From Octopus bimaculoides (lineage: Eukaryota), in the NCBI RefSeq assembly GCF_001194135.2, contig NC_068981.1:8452684-8516683 (forward strand): DNA of 64,000 nucleotides, given 5' to 3'. Positions 1 through 13,836 of the stretch are shown here, piece after piece. A program made the translations under genes and the position numbers. The stretch's first letter is position 1. Every line of letters starts with the position of its first letter. Below the pieces are notes generated by a model. It worked only from the letters and a program-made list of their open reading frames with translations. It was not told where the DNA came from and did not search any database.

Positions 1-1
1 C

Positions 2-341
2 TTGGAAGAGCCCTGCTTCTCACATGGACAACTGTATGTTGGTTGCTCAAGAGTGGGCAGCAACAAAAAACCTATTTGTATATGCTCCACAAGGGAAAAC
101 AAGGAACATAGTTTACAATGAGGTGTTATAATCACAACAGCAAGAAATTATGTACATGATCACCTTCTTTTACGAAACTTCATTGACTTTCATATATTTA
201 TATTGATATACATATATATACGTGTGTTTAGGTGCGTGTGTGTATATACATCTCTATATATAAAGATGATGCGTAGTCTAGACGGCGTTTTTAGATTTCA
301 GTATTCTCTTTAACCCGGGCAACGCCGGGTATTTCTGCTAG
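2..341 (+). mobile_element. Helitron 3' end: C-terminus of Rep/Pif1-helicase ORF (one frameshift), subterminal hairpin and CTAG terminus
   Basis: From base 2 the frame reads LEEPCFSHGQLYVGCSRVGS. After a +1 shift in the A-run at 65-70 it reads LFVYAPQGKTRNIVYNEVL* (TAA 129-131). FSHGQLYVxxSRV and KTxNIVY are Helitron helicase C-terminal motifs. Hairpin ACCCGG-GCAACG-CCGGGT at 313-330, CTAG at 338-341, followed by T. Confidence 0.9.
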
Positions 342-1228
342 TATATATATAAACATACACACGCATAAATACATACAAATACTAACACATGCAGACGCAT
401 ACCATCATCTTTCAGGCTGGCATGTGTTGCACAATTGCACTGCATCATGCATCAGGCACCAATGTCTGCCACACCATGACTTATACCCTTTCTAATGCCA
501 ACCATTTCACAGAGTTGTACTGATTGCTTATAGAAGAGAGGTGAGCACTGGCTCGGGCGGAGCTGGAGAGCAACGTTAAATATAAGTATATCATCATCAC
601 CACCACCACCGTTTCACTTCTGTTTTTCTATGCTGTCATAGGTTGGATGCTTTGACAGGATACAAACTTTGCATCGTGTCTACGGCTGGAGGCCTTTCTT
701 AACACTAATCACTCTGCAGCATGAAGTGATGGCTGCTACTTTTGTGGCACCAGCCACATTAGTGAGGTTACCTTGTAACTTGCGAGACTGAAGGACCCNN
801 NNNNNNNNNNNNNNNNNNNNNNNNNNNNNNNNNNNNNNNNNNNNNNNNNNNNNNNNNNNNNNNNNNNNNNNNNNNNNNNNNNNNNNNNNNNNNNNNNNNN
901 NNNNNNNNNNNNNNNNNNNNNNNNNNNNNNNNNNNNNNNNNNNNNNNNNNNNNNNNNNNNNNNNNNNNNNNNNNNNNNNNNNNNNNNNNNNNNNNNNNNN
1001 NNNNNNNNNNNNNNNNNNNNNNNNNNNNNNNNNNNCAAGGGGTCGAGAGATTAAAGGAGGATGTGTGGGGAGTAGAAACAGGTTGAGGAGGGAGTTTATG
1101 GCTATCGAAATGATGTGGAATGGTGGAATGGTGGATATAAAAAGAGAAGTAAATATGGTAATGACTAGGGGCCAAAACCTACTCTCGTGGTAACATGTCC
1201 AAAAACAGATGAATAGAAGAGATATATG

Positions 1229-1263
<35 letters not shown>

Positions 1264-1859
1264 ATCGTGTAAAAAGCACCCAGTATCCTCTGCAAAGTGG
1301 TTGGCATTAGGAAGGACACGACGCTGTAGAAACCATGCCAAAAACAGACATAGAATCTGGTGGAGCCCCCTGGCTCATCTGTTCTTGCCAAACCATCCAA
1401 CCCATGACAGCACAGAAAAAAAACAATGTCCAATAATGATGATGATGATGATGTTGGTGATGATATAAAAACACATGTATGTTTGTGAAATAAAAAAAAT
1501 ATATATGTACACAAAACAGGATATTCATTATACACACACACACACACACACCTATCTATGTATTATAGTGAGTCGTTTCAAAGACTACTCATGTTGATGA
1601 TAACAATAATAATGATAATAATGGTTTCTAATTTTTTAAATAATTCATTTGATACTGTTTTTATTGATGAAATGATATGATTACAGTCATTGAATATAAT
1701 AGCTTATGGTTGGTCTTCATCTTCTGCCAGGAGCAGAAGATGGTAAACTGGAATAAGCAGAGTTATGTCCCTTGCTGAAGACCACTCCACAGAAGCAGAA
1801 AGCGTGTGGATCTGAACGTCACAGACGTGTGTGTGTTTATTCTCTTTTCTTTTATCTTT

Positions 1860-2140
1860 TGTATTTTACTTATTTCAGTCAATGTGGCCATGCTGGGACG
1901 CCATGCTGGGACGCTATGCTGGGACGCCATGCTGGGACGCCATGCTGGGACGCCATGCTGGGAGACCACCTTGAATTTTTAGTTCCCAGTACTTATTTGT
2001 TTTAAAGCCTGGTACTTATTCTATCGAGCTTGTTTACCAAACTGCTAAGTTGTGGGGAACATAAGCACACCAACATCAGTTGTCAAGCAGTAGTAGGGAA
2101 AAAACACAGACACAGAGACATATACATTTATATATATATG
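1860..2140 (-). mobile_element. tRNA-derived SINE family A, 3' part
   Basis: Matches the reverse complement of the 3' half of the copy at 48316-48728 (tail ...ggccacattgactgaaataagtaaaatac). Confidence 0.7.
1888..1963. repeat. 13-bp minisatellite (CCATGCTGGGACG)x5.8 inside a SINE tail
   Basis: Units start at 1888, 1901, 1914 (one C>T), 1927, 1940, with a partial unit at 1953. Confidence 0.95.
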
Positions 2141-2187
2141 TGTGTATATGTATATTTATCTATCTATCTATCTATCTATCAATATAT

Positions 2188-2490
2188 CATCATCATCATC
2201 ATCATCATCGTTTAACGTCTGCTTTTCATGCTGGCATGGGTTGGACGATTTGACTGAAGACTGGTGAGCCCAATGGCTACACCAGGCTCCAATCTGATTT
2301 GGCAAAGTTTTTACAGCTGGATGCCCTTCCTAACGCCAACCACTCTGAGAGTGTAGTGGGTGCTTTTTATGTGCCACCGGCACGAGGGCCAGTCAGGCAG
2401 TTCTGGCAACAACCATGCTCAAAAGGTGTTTTTCATGTGCTACCTGCATGGGAGCCAGTCCGGAGGCACTGGCAACGACCACGCTCAAAT
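2188..2490 (-). mobile_element. RTE LINE 3'-tail copy (5'-truncated, (GAT)n end). Similar copies at ~590-798(-), 1258-1460(+), 9835-10140(+), 12185-12500(-), 13517-13748(+), 15100-15320(-), 16045-16497(+), 20992-21243(-), 23140-23408(-), 39945-40110(-), 41000-41237(+), 42676-42928(+), 48055-48108(-), 57620-57822(+), 57940-58125(+), 62812-63043(+)
   Basis: The recurrent motif catcatcgtttaacgtccgctttccatgctagcatgggttggac...ggatgcccttcctaacgccaacc occurs at these positions. At 19029-19900 the same tail is contiguous with an RTE ORF C-terminus. Confidence 0.85.
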
Positions 2491-2802
2491 GTATATATAT
2501 ATAATTAATATTTTTTTTTAAATGGAGAAAAAGACAAGAAAAACAACAATGTGAGGACATGGTACATGCAAAGTATTAATAAGACGCTTAGGGAAGGAAA
2601 GAAAGAGGGACGGATCCATGGAGGTACCTGGTGACCTCATATTTNNNNNNNNNNNNNNNNNNNNNNNNNNNNNNNNNNNNNNNNNNNNNNNNNNNNNNNN
2701 NNNNNNNNNNNNNNNNNNNNNNNNNNNNNNNNNNNNNNAGAGTAGGGAGGTAGCGATTGTATGGGGTGAAAGAGGATTAGAGATGGGGCAGGAGTAAATA
2801 TA

Positions 2803-3016
2803 TATTTCTTTATTGCCCACAGGGGGCTAAACACAGAGGGGACAGATAAAGGGATTAAGTCGATGACATCGACCCCAGTGTATAACTGGTACTTATTTAA
2901 TCGATCCCGATAGAATGAAAAGCAAAGTCGACCTCAACAGAATTTGAACTCAGAATGTAATGGCAGACAAAATACTGCTGAGTATTTTGCCCGGTGTGCT
3001 AACGGTTCTGCCAGGA
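2803..3016 (-). mobile_element. tRNA-derived SINE family B. Other copies at ~22185-22323, 43870-44170, 46185-46377, 46925-47055, 49465-49688, 60131-60338 (all -) and 58520-58650 (+)
   Basis: Homologous to the well-preserved copy at 15806-16041 (cgaccccagt..actggtacttattt..atcgaccc.gaaaggatgaaaggcaaagt.gacct..gc.gaatttgaactcaga). Confidence 0.8.
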
Positions 3017-4052
3017 GTGAATATAATGGATGGTGAACAGTAGTGGGGAAATCTCTCAAGAATTATCAAACCTGCCACATGGAATGTTGGTAATCCGTTG
3101 GTGATAAATATGACTTAGGAGTAAGGAGATAAGAAGCAGGGATGAACATGAATAGAAGTGGCTCAGAGGAGAGGAAGTGATGACTGACAGTATAGAATGG
3201 ATTGAAATCAGCTGAATAATAATAATAATAATAATACAGTAGACAGAGGAAGGATGACAGAAAAAGAGATGACAGGTAGGGGTGGGATGGGTAAAGTGTG
3301 TCATTGGAGAAAGAGAGAAAGACATAATGATAAGGGTGGAGGTTGTCAGAGATACATAGGGGTGAAAGTAGTAAGTGGGAAACAAAGGTGGTAGGGAGTG
3401 ATTAATGATAGTTATGAATGAAGTACGAAAGCAATAGGATGTAGTTCAGGGGGAGAGGGAAAGATAATTGGTGGCACAGAGTGTGTAATCAATGTAAAAT
3501 GTGAGTGGAGAGGAATGATGTTAAGAATGAAGGATGGACGTTGAAAGGAAATGGTATGGGAAGATGTGGAGGATACAAAAGATGTGTGATCTCTTCTGTT
3601 TTTAATCATTTAAATTCTTCCTCTGAGGAAAGAGTTGGCTTCTAATAAAGATACAATACTCCATTGTTGGAATGTAGATAACAAAAAACAATGTCGCACT
3701 TTAAACCCGAGAAAAGTCTTGCATATTTTTACTGTTCCACTTACAGATTCTAATTGTAATGCGCAAGTCAATTGGTTGATTTCTTTTGTATGTGTGTGTG
3801 TGTGTGTGTGTGTGTTATGTATGTTATGTATGTATGTTTGTATGTATGTATTTGTGTGTGTGTATGTATGTATGTATGTTATGTATGTATGTATGCGTAC
3901 TTTGGTGGACTCATGTGGAATGTATATGTGTGTGTGTTATGTATATATGTTTGTATGTATGTATGTGTGTGTATGTATGTATGTTTGTATACATGTATGT
4001 ATGTTATGTATGTATGTGTTATGTATGTATGTATGCGTACTTTCGTGGACTA

Positions 4053-4096
<44 letters not shown>

Positions 4097-4506
4097 AGGA
4101 ATGTATATACAGCTGGGTGGACTGTATAATGGTATGCATTTATAGTGGAGTGTATGATGGCATGTATGTATAGGTAAGTGCACCAAACCATTGCTGCTGC
4201 TGCTGCTACAAGCTGTTAATAGTCCAGCTGGTCGTCTGATGTCCTTACCAGCTCAGACAGCAGCTGTGACAACTTGTATTAACGAGAAAAAGAACAAAAC
4301 AGATGCAGAACCTGTTTATTTGTTTGTTTGTAATTGATTTGTTTTGTTGATAATGAAGTAATTAAGGAAAAAAGTAAACGAAGGGACACAGTTGAGAGGG
4401 AGAGGTTGGTAAGTGGCGAAATAAATGGTTGAAGTAGGAAGAGCTGAATGAATAGAAGCAGATTATTCAATAGGTTAGAGAGACATAGTATCATCGTAGA
4501 ACTTGT

Positions 4507-4542
<36 letters not shown>

Positions 4543-5559
4543 CAGGTTGACACAGACACAGAAGTAGATAGAAGGAATAATGAAATATAGAAAATGAAGG
4601 AAAAGCAAGAAGTAAATGGTAAATATATTGGTTGAAATGGAAGGGAATGTGAAAGCAATAATTAAATTGGTAAATAGCAGAATGGATATAAAAGAAAATA
4701 TTGAAAAGAAAGAGTAAAACTGTTAACTAAATGAACAAAGGTTGTGAATGCAGGCAGCGGAATTAATGTTAGTATGAACATAGCTGGCAAATAATGTTTG
4801 ACCAATGGGAAAGCTGCTTGTAAGAGGTTTAACCAATGAGAAGACTGCTTGTGAAAGGTTCAACATAAAAGGTCTTGATGCCCAGATACAAGACTATTAT
4901 TATGATTAGTTATGCACAATAGAAAACAGAACGTCTGCATATTATAAGCTCTGAATAATTACTTGTTTTAGTTTTATTTTATTTTGTTTTTTTTCTCTAA
5001 ATGGATTCTGAATATTCCGAGGAGAAATATATGACAACTGAAGATAATAAAGAGTTAATTACTAGCCAATAACAGCAATTAAAAATACATTGTAAATATA
5101 TTTTTGCCAAAACTGAGAACAACATATGATTGTTTGAGAGAAAAAAAAAAAACCTTATAAAATGCCACATCAAGAGAAATCAAACATGCCACAAGAATAT
5201 AATTCTTTTATCTTCAGTTCAACAGAATTTTCAGTTTATTTTTCAAAGAACAAAAAAAAAAAAAAAAAAGAAGGGTATGGAACCCAAGGTATTTTTTAAG
5301 TCGATCCCTAAATTTCGAGATATTCATCTAATTTGAAATATATCTCTATATTTATTACCTATATATATTCATATGTATTAATATATGTATATAAGTATAT
5401 TGGTATGTTTATATCTATATATGTAAATATATCTATTTAAATATCTGTCTATCTATCTTTCTATCTATCTATCAATCTACCTATCTATATCTCTTTCACT
5501 CACTCTCTCTCTCTATATATATATATATCTTTTTCTATGTATGTATGCATGTATGTATG

Positions 5560-5601
<42 letters not shown>

Positions 5602-5611
5602 TCTATCTATA

Positions 5612-5645
<34 letters not shown>

Positions 5646-5874
5646 CAGAGAGACAGAGAGAGAGAGACAGAGAGGGAGTCTGTATTATCTAAGATCTATA
5701 TTATATTTTGTTGCAGGAATATGGCATTTCAGTCTGAAGAGAGACAGAGAGAATGATCAGCTTTGAATGAATAAATATATTCATCTACATGTATTGAGTA
5801 CTTTTACTCCATTTGTATATTCAAACGACTTATATATACATACATACATATATACATACATACATACATACATA

Positions 5875-5907
<33 letters not shown>

Positions 5908-6617
5908 NNNNNNNNNNNNNNNNNNNNNNNNNNNNNNNNNNNNNNNNNNNNNNNNNNNNNNNNNNNNNNNNNNNNNNNNNNNNNNNNNNNNNNNNNNNNN
6001 NNNNNNNNNNNNNNNNNNNNNNNNNNNNNNNNNNNNNNNNNNNNNNNNNNNNNNNNNNNNNNNNNNNNNNNNNNNNNNNNNNNNNNNNNNNNNNNNNNNN
6101 NNNNNNNNNNNNNNNNNNNNNNNNNNNNNNNNNNNNNNNNNNNGATAGATAGATATTTAATATATATGAAATATAATGTGTGTGTGTGTGTGTGTCTGCA
6201 AATATTTGTCTAAAAACACTTAGATAAATATATACAGATATATATGTTAAAGTGAAGTGGCCTAATTGATAAAAATACTGAACTACCTGCTCACTGAACC
6301 AAAAAGACCTACATACATACAAACATTCATATATATATATATATATATATATATAGATATACACACATGCATACATGCATACATTCATGCATCCATACAT
6401 ACATTCATGTGTACATATATATACATACAAACATAATACATACACATGCAAACATGTGTTCAAGCTTACCTACATCCATCCAACCATCCATCCATACATA
6501 CACACACACATAAGCATACATATATGATTACATTATTATATAAATATATATATGTATATGTATATATAAATATATATGTATATGTATATATACATACATA
6601 TATATGTATACCCCCCC

Positions 6618-6689
<72 letters not shown>

Positions 6690-7396
6690 NNNNNNNNNNN
6701 NNNNNNNNNNNNNNNNNNNNNNNNNNNNNNNNNNNNNNNNNNNNNNNNNNNNNNNNNNNNNNNNNNNNNNNNNNNNNNNNNNNNNNNNNNNNNNNNNNNN
6801 NNNNNNNNNNNNNNNNNNNNNNNNNNNNNNNNNNNNNNNNNNNNNNNNNNNNNNNNNNNNNNNNNNNNNNNNNNNNNNNNNNNNNNNNNNNNNNNNNNNN
6901 NNNNNNNNNNNNNNNNNNNNNNNNNNNNNNNNNNNNNNNNNNNNNNNNNNNNNNNNNNNNNNGAATATATCTAAGTACAACTGTGCAGTCTATATGCACT
7001 TAGAAAGTTCTTTGTGTGAAACATTGCATACATAGTGATGCAATTGCAGCAATGGTGCATGCAAAGAGGGTGACACAAGCAGGAATGACACAAGTGTTGG
7101 TTCCATTTATTGCAGTAGGTTTGGTTTTTGTCTCTGATTCCATCAAGTGGAATATGGAAGCTTTAAATAGAGGCATGTACATGTAAACAATCTTATACTT
7201 ACGTACATGTGAGTAGGGACACTCATGCACACACAAACACACACAACCACACACACACACACACATACGTGTGTGCAGACACACACACATATGTCTGTGT
7301 ATGTTTGGAGTAAGGAGGTCAGGTTCCAGAAATCTTGTTTTAGTGGATGAGATGGCAATAAGCGGTGTATATATTCTTTAAATATAGACATGAATA

Positions 7397-7432
<36 letters not shown>

Positions 7433-7515
7433 CATACATAGGTGTGTGTGTGTGTAAACATACACACAGGCACATGTATATTTAGATATGTATATACATA
7501 TAATTCATATATATA

Positions 7516-7589
<74 letters not shown>

Positions 7590-9429
7590 CATGGATATAT
7601 ATTATTGTGTGAGAGAGCAACACATGACTTCAAAGTGATGGTGGGGTACCAATGTATGAAGCCCAGTATACCCATCATGACTACCCGTCTGATAAGGGTA
7701 CCCCAGGCACATGCATCACAACCATATGTGCGCGACATGGTGATCTCCTATTAAGATAACAGCACATGACCTTGCAGGTGGGGCCCAGTTAGAATTTTCT
7801 TCACATTGAATAACCCATCTCACTCAAAACGTCCCTGAATAAGGGTTGTTTAAGGATTTTGAAAGCAGCACCCATGTTTCCAGGGGTAAATTATTGAAAA
7901 TCCCAACGAATCTCTCTCAACACATGACTATGATGCTTTTGCATGATCAAAGATGCACATATCCTCAGCCACCAAGGGACATGCTCAACTGGTTAAGGTC
8001 AAGCAACTGACAAGCAAATCTGTGGTATTAAGCAGAATATTTGTTGTGGCCCATCTTTTTATACCAAGACAAAACAAAGTACATGATAACACTTCTAATC
8101 AGTTAAGATCAGAAACCATGAGAGCCATCTATGTGTGTATGCATGTATGTATGTATGCATGTATGTATGTATGCATGTATGTATGTATGTATGTATGTAT
8201 GTACTGGGAGTGAGGCACCCTCGGCTTCTGTTGAAGCATGTCTCTAGAAGGTCACTCTGATATAAAACCAGATATGCAGGGAATGGCATTGGACATTTTG
8301 GGGATCTTTGGTTTGTGCTAGAGATCATGGCGCTCCCACATCCCTGAGCCTGCGACTCATATTGGCACCAGACATCTTGCACTGGCATGTGTGCACTCTG
8401 TTGGATAATAAGCTAGTCCTAGAGCGTACAATGTTCCTGAAGGTCAGCAATGGTCTTCCTCGGTCACAAGTGGACGGCCATCATGTATGTATGTATATGA
8501 GTATCTATATGTCTTTAGGTGTACATGTATCCATGTATGTATATACACGTATACTTATGTATATGTATATATACACGTGAGTGTGTGTACATATAAAGGT
8601 GTATAGGTATATATGCAAATATATATAAATGTTTGTATATATACCAATATACCTACATATATATATATATGTGTATATATATATACTTTAAATTTACCGA
8701 AAAGCAAAAGACGAAGACAGGTCTATGAACAACAGGCAGGCGTATTAGTTTGACGCTTGGGAAGGTGAGAAAGTCTTGTACGTTTCAAGCCTATGCTCTT
8801 CATATATATAAGAATCAAATCCCTCACACACCAAATGGGCCAACAGTTGGGACAAAGGCACATATGGGAGTGGNNNNNNNNNNNNNNNNNNNNNNNNNNN
8901 NNNNNNNNNNNNNNNNNNNNNNNNNNNNNNNNNNNNNNNNNNNNNNNNNNNNNNNNNNNNNNNNNNNNNNNNNNNNNNNNNNNNNNNNNNNNNNNNNNNN
9001 NNNNNNNNNNNNNNNNNNNNNNNNNNNNNNNNNNNNNNNNNNNNNNNNNNNNNNNNNNNNNNNNNNNNNNNNNNNNNNNNNNNNNNNNNNNNNNNNNNNN
9101 NNNNNNNNNNNNNNNNNNNNNNNNNNNNNNNNNNNNNNNNNNNNNNNNNNNNNNNNNNNNNNNNNNNNNNNNNNNNNNNNNNNNNNNNNNNNNNNNNNNN
9201 NNNNNNNNNNNNNNNNNNNNNNNNNNNNNNNNNNNNNNNNNNNNNNNNNNNNNNNNNNNNNNNNNNNNNNNNNNNNNNNNNNNNNNNNNNNNNNNNNNNN
9301 NNNNNNNNNNNNNNNNNNNNNNNNNNNNNNNNNNNNNNNNNNNNNNNNNNNNNNNNNNNNNNNNNNNNNNNNNNNNNNNNNNNNNNNNNNNNNNNNNNNN
9401 NNNNNNNNNNNNNNNNNNNNNNNNNNNNN

Positions 9430-9463
<34 letters not shown>

Positions 9464-10139
9464 ACATATATATATATATGTGTATATATATATACTTTAA
9501 ATTTACCGAAAAGCAAAAGACGAAGACAGGTCTATGAACAACAGGCAGGCGTATTAGTTTGACGCTTGGGAAGGTGAGAAAGTCTTGTACGTTTCAAGCC
9601 TATGCTCTTCATATATATAAGAATCAAATCCCTCACACACCAAATGGGCCAACAGTTGGGACAAAGGCACATATGGGAGTGGTGGCATGAAGCCCCCCAC
9701 CCCTCCTGCCCGCCAGCCTGATGAAATCAGCCAAATGATAATCATAAGTAATCATAAGTAGCGGTGCAAAACCACGGTGGTGCTCCAGCATGAACACAGC
9801 CACATGGCTAAAACAAATAAATGATAAAAGAATATGTTAGTGCCACTTAAAAAGCACCTCCAGTCCACACTGTAAAGTGGTTGGCATCTGGAAGGGCATC
9901 CAGCTGTAAAGACCATGCCAAAACTGACCTTGTCTGTGCAAGTGTCACATAAAAAGCACTCAGTCCACTCTACAGAATGGTTAGTGTTAGGAAGGGCATC
10001 CAGCTGTAAAAAAAACCATGCCAGAAGAGACACAGAAGCATGACACAGGCTCCTGCCTGGCCATCTCCTGTCAGACTGTCCAATCCATGCCAGCATGGAA
10101 AGAGGATGTTAAACGAGGATGATGATGATGACGATGATG

Positions 10140-10171
<32 letters not shown>

Positions 10172-11059
10172 GAGAGAGGGAGAGAGAGAGATGTGTGTAT
10201 GTATGTGCATATATATTCATATGTATGTGTGTACACATATATGTGAGTATGTGTAAGTGTTAGAAGGGATGAGGTCAGATCTTAGAATTATGTCTCTTGT
10301 AGATGAGATGAGAAAGAATTGCCTCAAGTAGCAATATGGTGTCTAGCAGACTGTTTGAACGAAAGTGGCGCTGACAAGTGTTTGATGATGATGCTGATGG
10401 TGGTGGTGGTGGTGGTGGTGGTGGTGGTGGTGGTGATGACAATAACGCTGGTGATGACATTGTATCACAACTGTTGAGTTTTCACTCCAGAATCTAAAAA
10501 TAATTCATTCCTAAAGAAAACAGTAAAGAAAATGCAAAGATTCACCTCACTCAAATGATATTCTTACAAATGGCAACAGCAGGCTGGACAAAGAATACAA
10601 GCATTATTCAAAAAAACAATCATTCATTTCCAAACTAATTCCACCATCCTGAAACACATCCTCACCAATTCCCTGCTTTCAATGCTATCTTTTCATTGTC
10701 TCTAGAAGAGATTTTACAAACACTTTTCTTCCTTCAAACTTACTTTCTGCAAACTCTCCATTTCATCTTGTTGGGTATATTCACCCCTCTTCTTCATGTC
10801 TTCCCCCTTTTGCCTTTCACCTGAGAGACCCAACCTGTTCGACCAAAATGTTAATCTGTGTTAGTTTGAAAGTCAATAGTAACTACACTAACTTTATCTG
10901 TTTTACACTCTGAAACACTGTAATACGAATCTCTTGTTAGTTAATGACACATAACTAAAACCCTAAAAGATTTCCTCCAAATACTGGATGTTAAACCTTA
11001 TTTACTGCTCTGCCTATGGTAACCTCGCATATGACATACTGACAAGTCTTTCTTTAGAA

Positions 11060-11316
11060 AAGCGCAGGAGTGGTTGTGTGGTAAGTAGCTTGCTTACAAA
11101 CCATATGGTTCTGGGTTCAGTCCCACTGCATAGCACCTTGGGCAGGTGTCTTTTACTATAGCCTCGGGCTGACCAAAGCCTTGTGAGTGGATTTGGTAGA
11201 TGGAAACTGAAAGAAGCCCGTTGTATATATGTATATATATATATATATGTATGTGTGTGTATATGTTTGTGTGTCTGTGTTTGTCCCTCCCAACATCGCT
11301 TGACAACCGATGCTGG
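11060..11316 (+). mobile_element. tRNA-derived SINE family A (3'-truncated). Other copies at ~15410-15555(-), 28530-28820(+), 31449-31818(-), 39600-39915(-), 47080-47690(-, gapped), 48998-49387(-)
   Basis: A-box-like tggtaagtagc and B-box-like gggttcagtccc, followed by a shared body and an internal (TA/TG)n tract. Confidence 0.85.
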
Positions 11317-11497
11317 ATCATTCTGATTCCAAAAAGGTATAATATGTCTATGTAGAGGAAATATAGACTGAAATACAGGGGTCCCAGACGGACAGACAGA
11401 ATTTTGCTTTTATCATTATAGATGGAAGTTAGTTTTATATTTTATTCCTGGCACTGCTGAGAACATGTGAAAGTATTCAAATATTGATACAAAGATA

Positions 11498-11544
<47 letters not shown>

Positions 11545-12051
11545 AATGTACTCTTACAGTGGTTATTTTGTACTTTTCTTCTAGTCATATAACACAATGT
11601 TGATGATGATGATGATTGTGATGAGGTGGAGGAAGAGGAAGAATAAGAAAGAGGAGGCGTTCAAGATGACAACATCAACAAGAACAATCACAAGCGCAGC
11701 ATCTAATGATGAAGATAAAGACTAATAAACAACTAATGTTGAGTAATACCTACAAGTGAGAAGATAACGACCAATTTCACTAATTGAAACCATTTCCCTC
11801 TTTCCAGAAGATTCTTGACATTTAGCTTTTTTTTGACAATCTCAGAAAATAGAGAGATAAGTCAGTTGGTGAGTCGAGATTTTCTGGAATTCTTTCATTT
11901 TGTGAACAAAAAAAAAAGAAAAGAAAATGAAACCCCCCTCCCCATACAAAGAAGGAAGCGGGGTGGGGTGTTAACTACAGTTAGTACTAACTTTTTGCTT
12001 CTAGTAAGTTGTCGTTGTTGTTGATGATGATGATGGTGGTGGTGGTGGTGG

Positions 12052-12090
<39 letters not shown>

Positions 12091-12914
12091 GGATGATGAT
12101 GATGAGGAGGAGGAGGAGGAGGAGGAGGCAAAAAGTTTTACACTCTCATTTTATGTGTGTGTGCGAGTGTGTATACTTACATACATACATCATCCTCGTT
12201 TAACATCCTCTTTCCATGCTGGCATGGGTTGGACAGTCTGACAGGAGATGGCACAGGCAGGAGCCTGTGCCATGCTTCTGTGTCTCTTTTGGCATGGTTT
12301 CGCACAGCTGGATGCCCTTCCTAATGCCAACCATTCCGTAGAATGGGCTGAGTGCTTTTTACGTGACACTTGCACAGACGAGGTCAGTTTTGGCAAGGTT
12401 TTTACAGCTGGAGGCCCTTCCAGATGCCAACCACTTTACAGTGTGGACTGGATGCGTTTTAAGAGGCACCTGCACTGGTAGGGTCACCAAGTGACTTTGC
12501 AAGACAAGGAATCTCTGAGAGGGGTGGGGGCATTGGAGGAGGTGATCTTGTGTTTGATGATGAAAGTTTATAACGAGGTAGAGAGACAGAAATAGATGTC
12601 TTGTTGTAGATGAGGTCCATGGTTACCCAGACAGAGAGGGAGGGAGAGAGAGGAAGAGAGAGAGGGAAAGAGAGTGAGTGTTAACAAGAATGAGGACAGA
12701 AACAGGTGTGCAGCTGAAGAGGAAGGACATGGTTACCTAGAGAGAGAGGGGGGGGGGAGGAGTTTACAAGAAAGATGTGTGCTGCTGTAAAGGAGATGCA
12801 TGGTTACCTAGCGAGAGGGGAGAGCAAGGGAGAGAGAGAGAGAGAGAGAGAAAGTAGGGGACAGCAAGAACAGGAGAAGGATGGCTGTGTTAACGACAAA
12901 CAAGATGAGGGCAA

Positions 12915-13400
12915 ATATCAAAAGCTTTCTCCATGTCAACAAAAGCCAAGTACAGAGGTTTATCTTTGGCTAGATATTTCTCCTGCAACTGACTTACCAG
13001 AAATATAGCATCAGTGGTGCTTCTCCCCTGGCACAAACCCAAACTGCAACTCATCTAAACTATGACCCTCTCCATGACTTTCATCACCTGATCCAACAAT
13101 TTGATACCTCTATAATTATTTCTATCTAAAGCATCACCTTTACCTTTGTTGACTAAGGTGCTGTTACACCAGTCATTGGGTATGACTCCTTTCTGTACCA
13201 CCCAATTAAGTATACGGATGACTAGACCATAACCAGCACCGCCAGATATTTTAAGCATCTCAGTGGTTATTCCTGATGAGCCAGGGGCTTTCCTCACCTT
13301 CATATCTTTCATGGTTTTGTCTACAACGTTACTGTCTATTTGGATTGCTGATCCCTCTGTTGGATCCACATTCGATAAACTCTCCTTCTGCCATGAGTTC
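12915..13400 (-). mobile_element. RTE LINE reverse-transcriptase N-terminal fragment (frameshifted)
   Basis: Reads KAPGSSGITTEMLK..IPNDWCNST..KGKGDALDRNNYRGIKLLDQVMKVMERV, then LDELQFGFVPG/RSTTDAIFLVSQLQEKYLAKDKPLYLAFVDMEKAFD. Confidence 0.93.
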
Positions 13401-13474
13401 TCAGCCTTTCATAGTGACACTTCCAAGTCTCTTTTTTGCAGTGTCACAAACTACGAGTGAACCATCATTTATAC

Positions 13475-13513
<39 letters not shown>

Positions 13514-13750
13514 CACCATTTTGAGCGTGGCCGTTGCCAGTACCGCCTGACTGGCCTTCGTGCGGGTGACACGTAAAAGCACCCACTACACTCTCGGAGT
13601 GGTTGGCATTAGGAAGGGCATCCAGCTGTAGAAACTCTGCCAAATCAGATTGGAGCCTGGTGCAGCCATCTGGTTCACCAGTCCTCAGTCAAATCGTCCA
13701 ACCCATGCTAGCATGGAAGGCGGACGTTAAACGATGATGATGACGATGAA

Positions 13751-13781
<31 letters not shown>

Positions 13782-13796
13782 CATACATACATACAT

Positions 13797-13836
<40 letters not shown>

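Noticed and set aside
8671-9682. Exact 203-bp direct duplication (8671-8873 = 9480-9682) on either side of a 556-N gap
   Set aside because: The first copy ends exactly at the gap and the copies are identical. This is typical of an unmerged contig overlap beside a (TA)n tract. Long reads would settle it.
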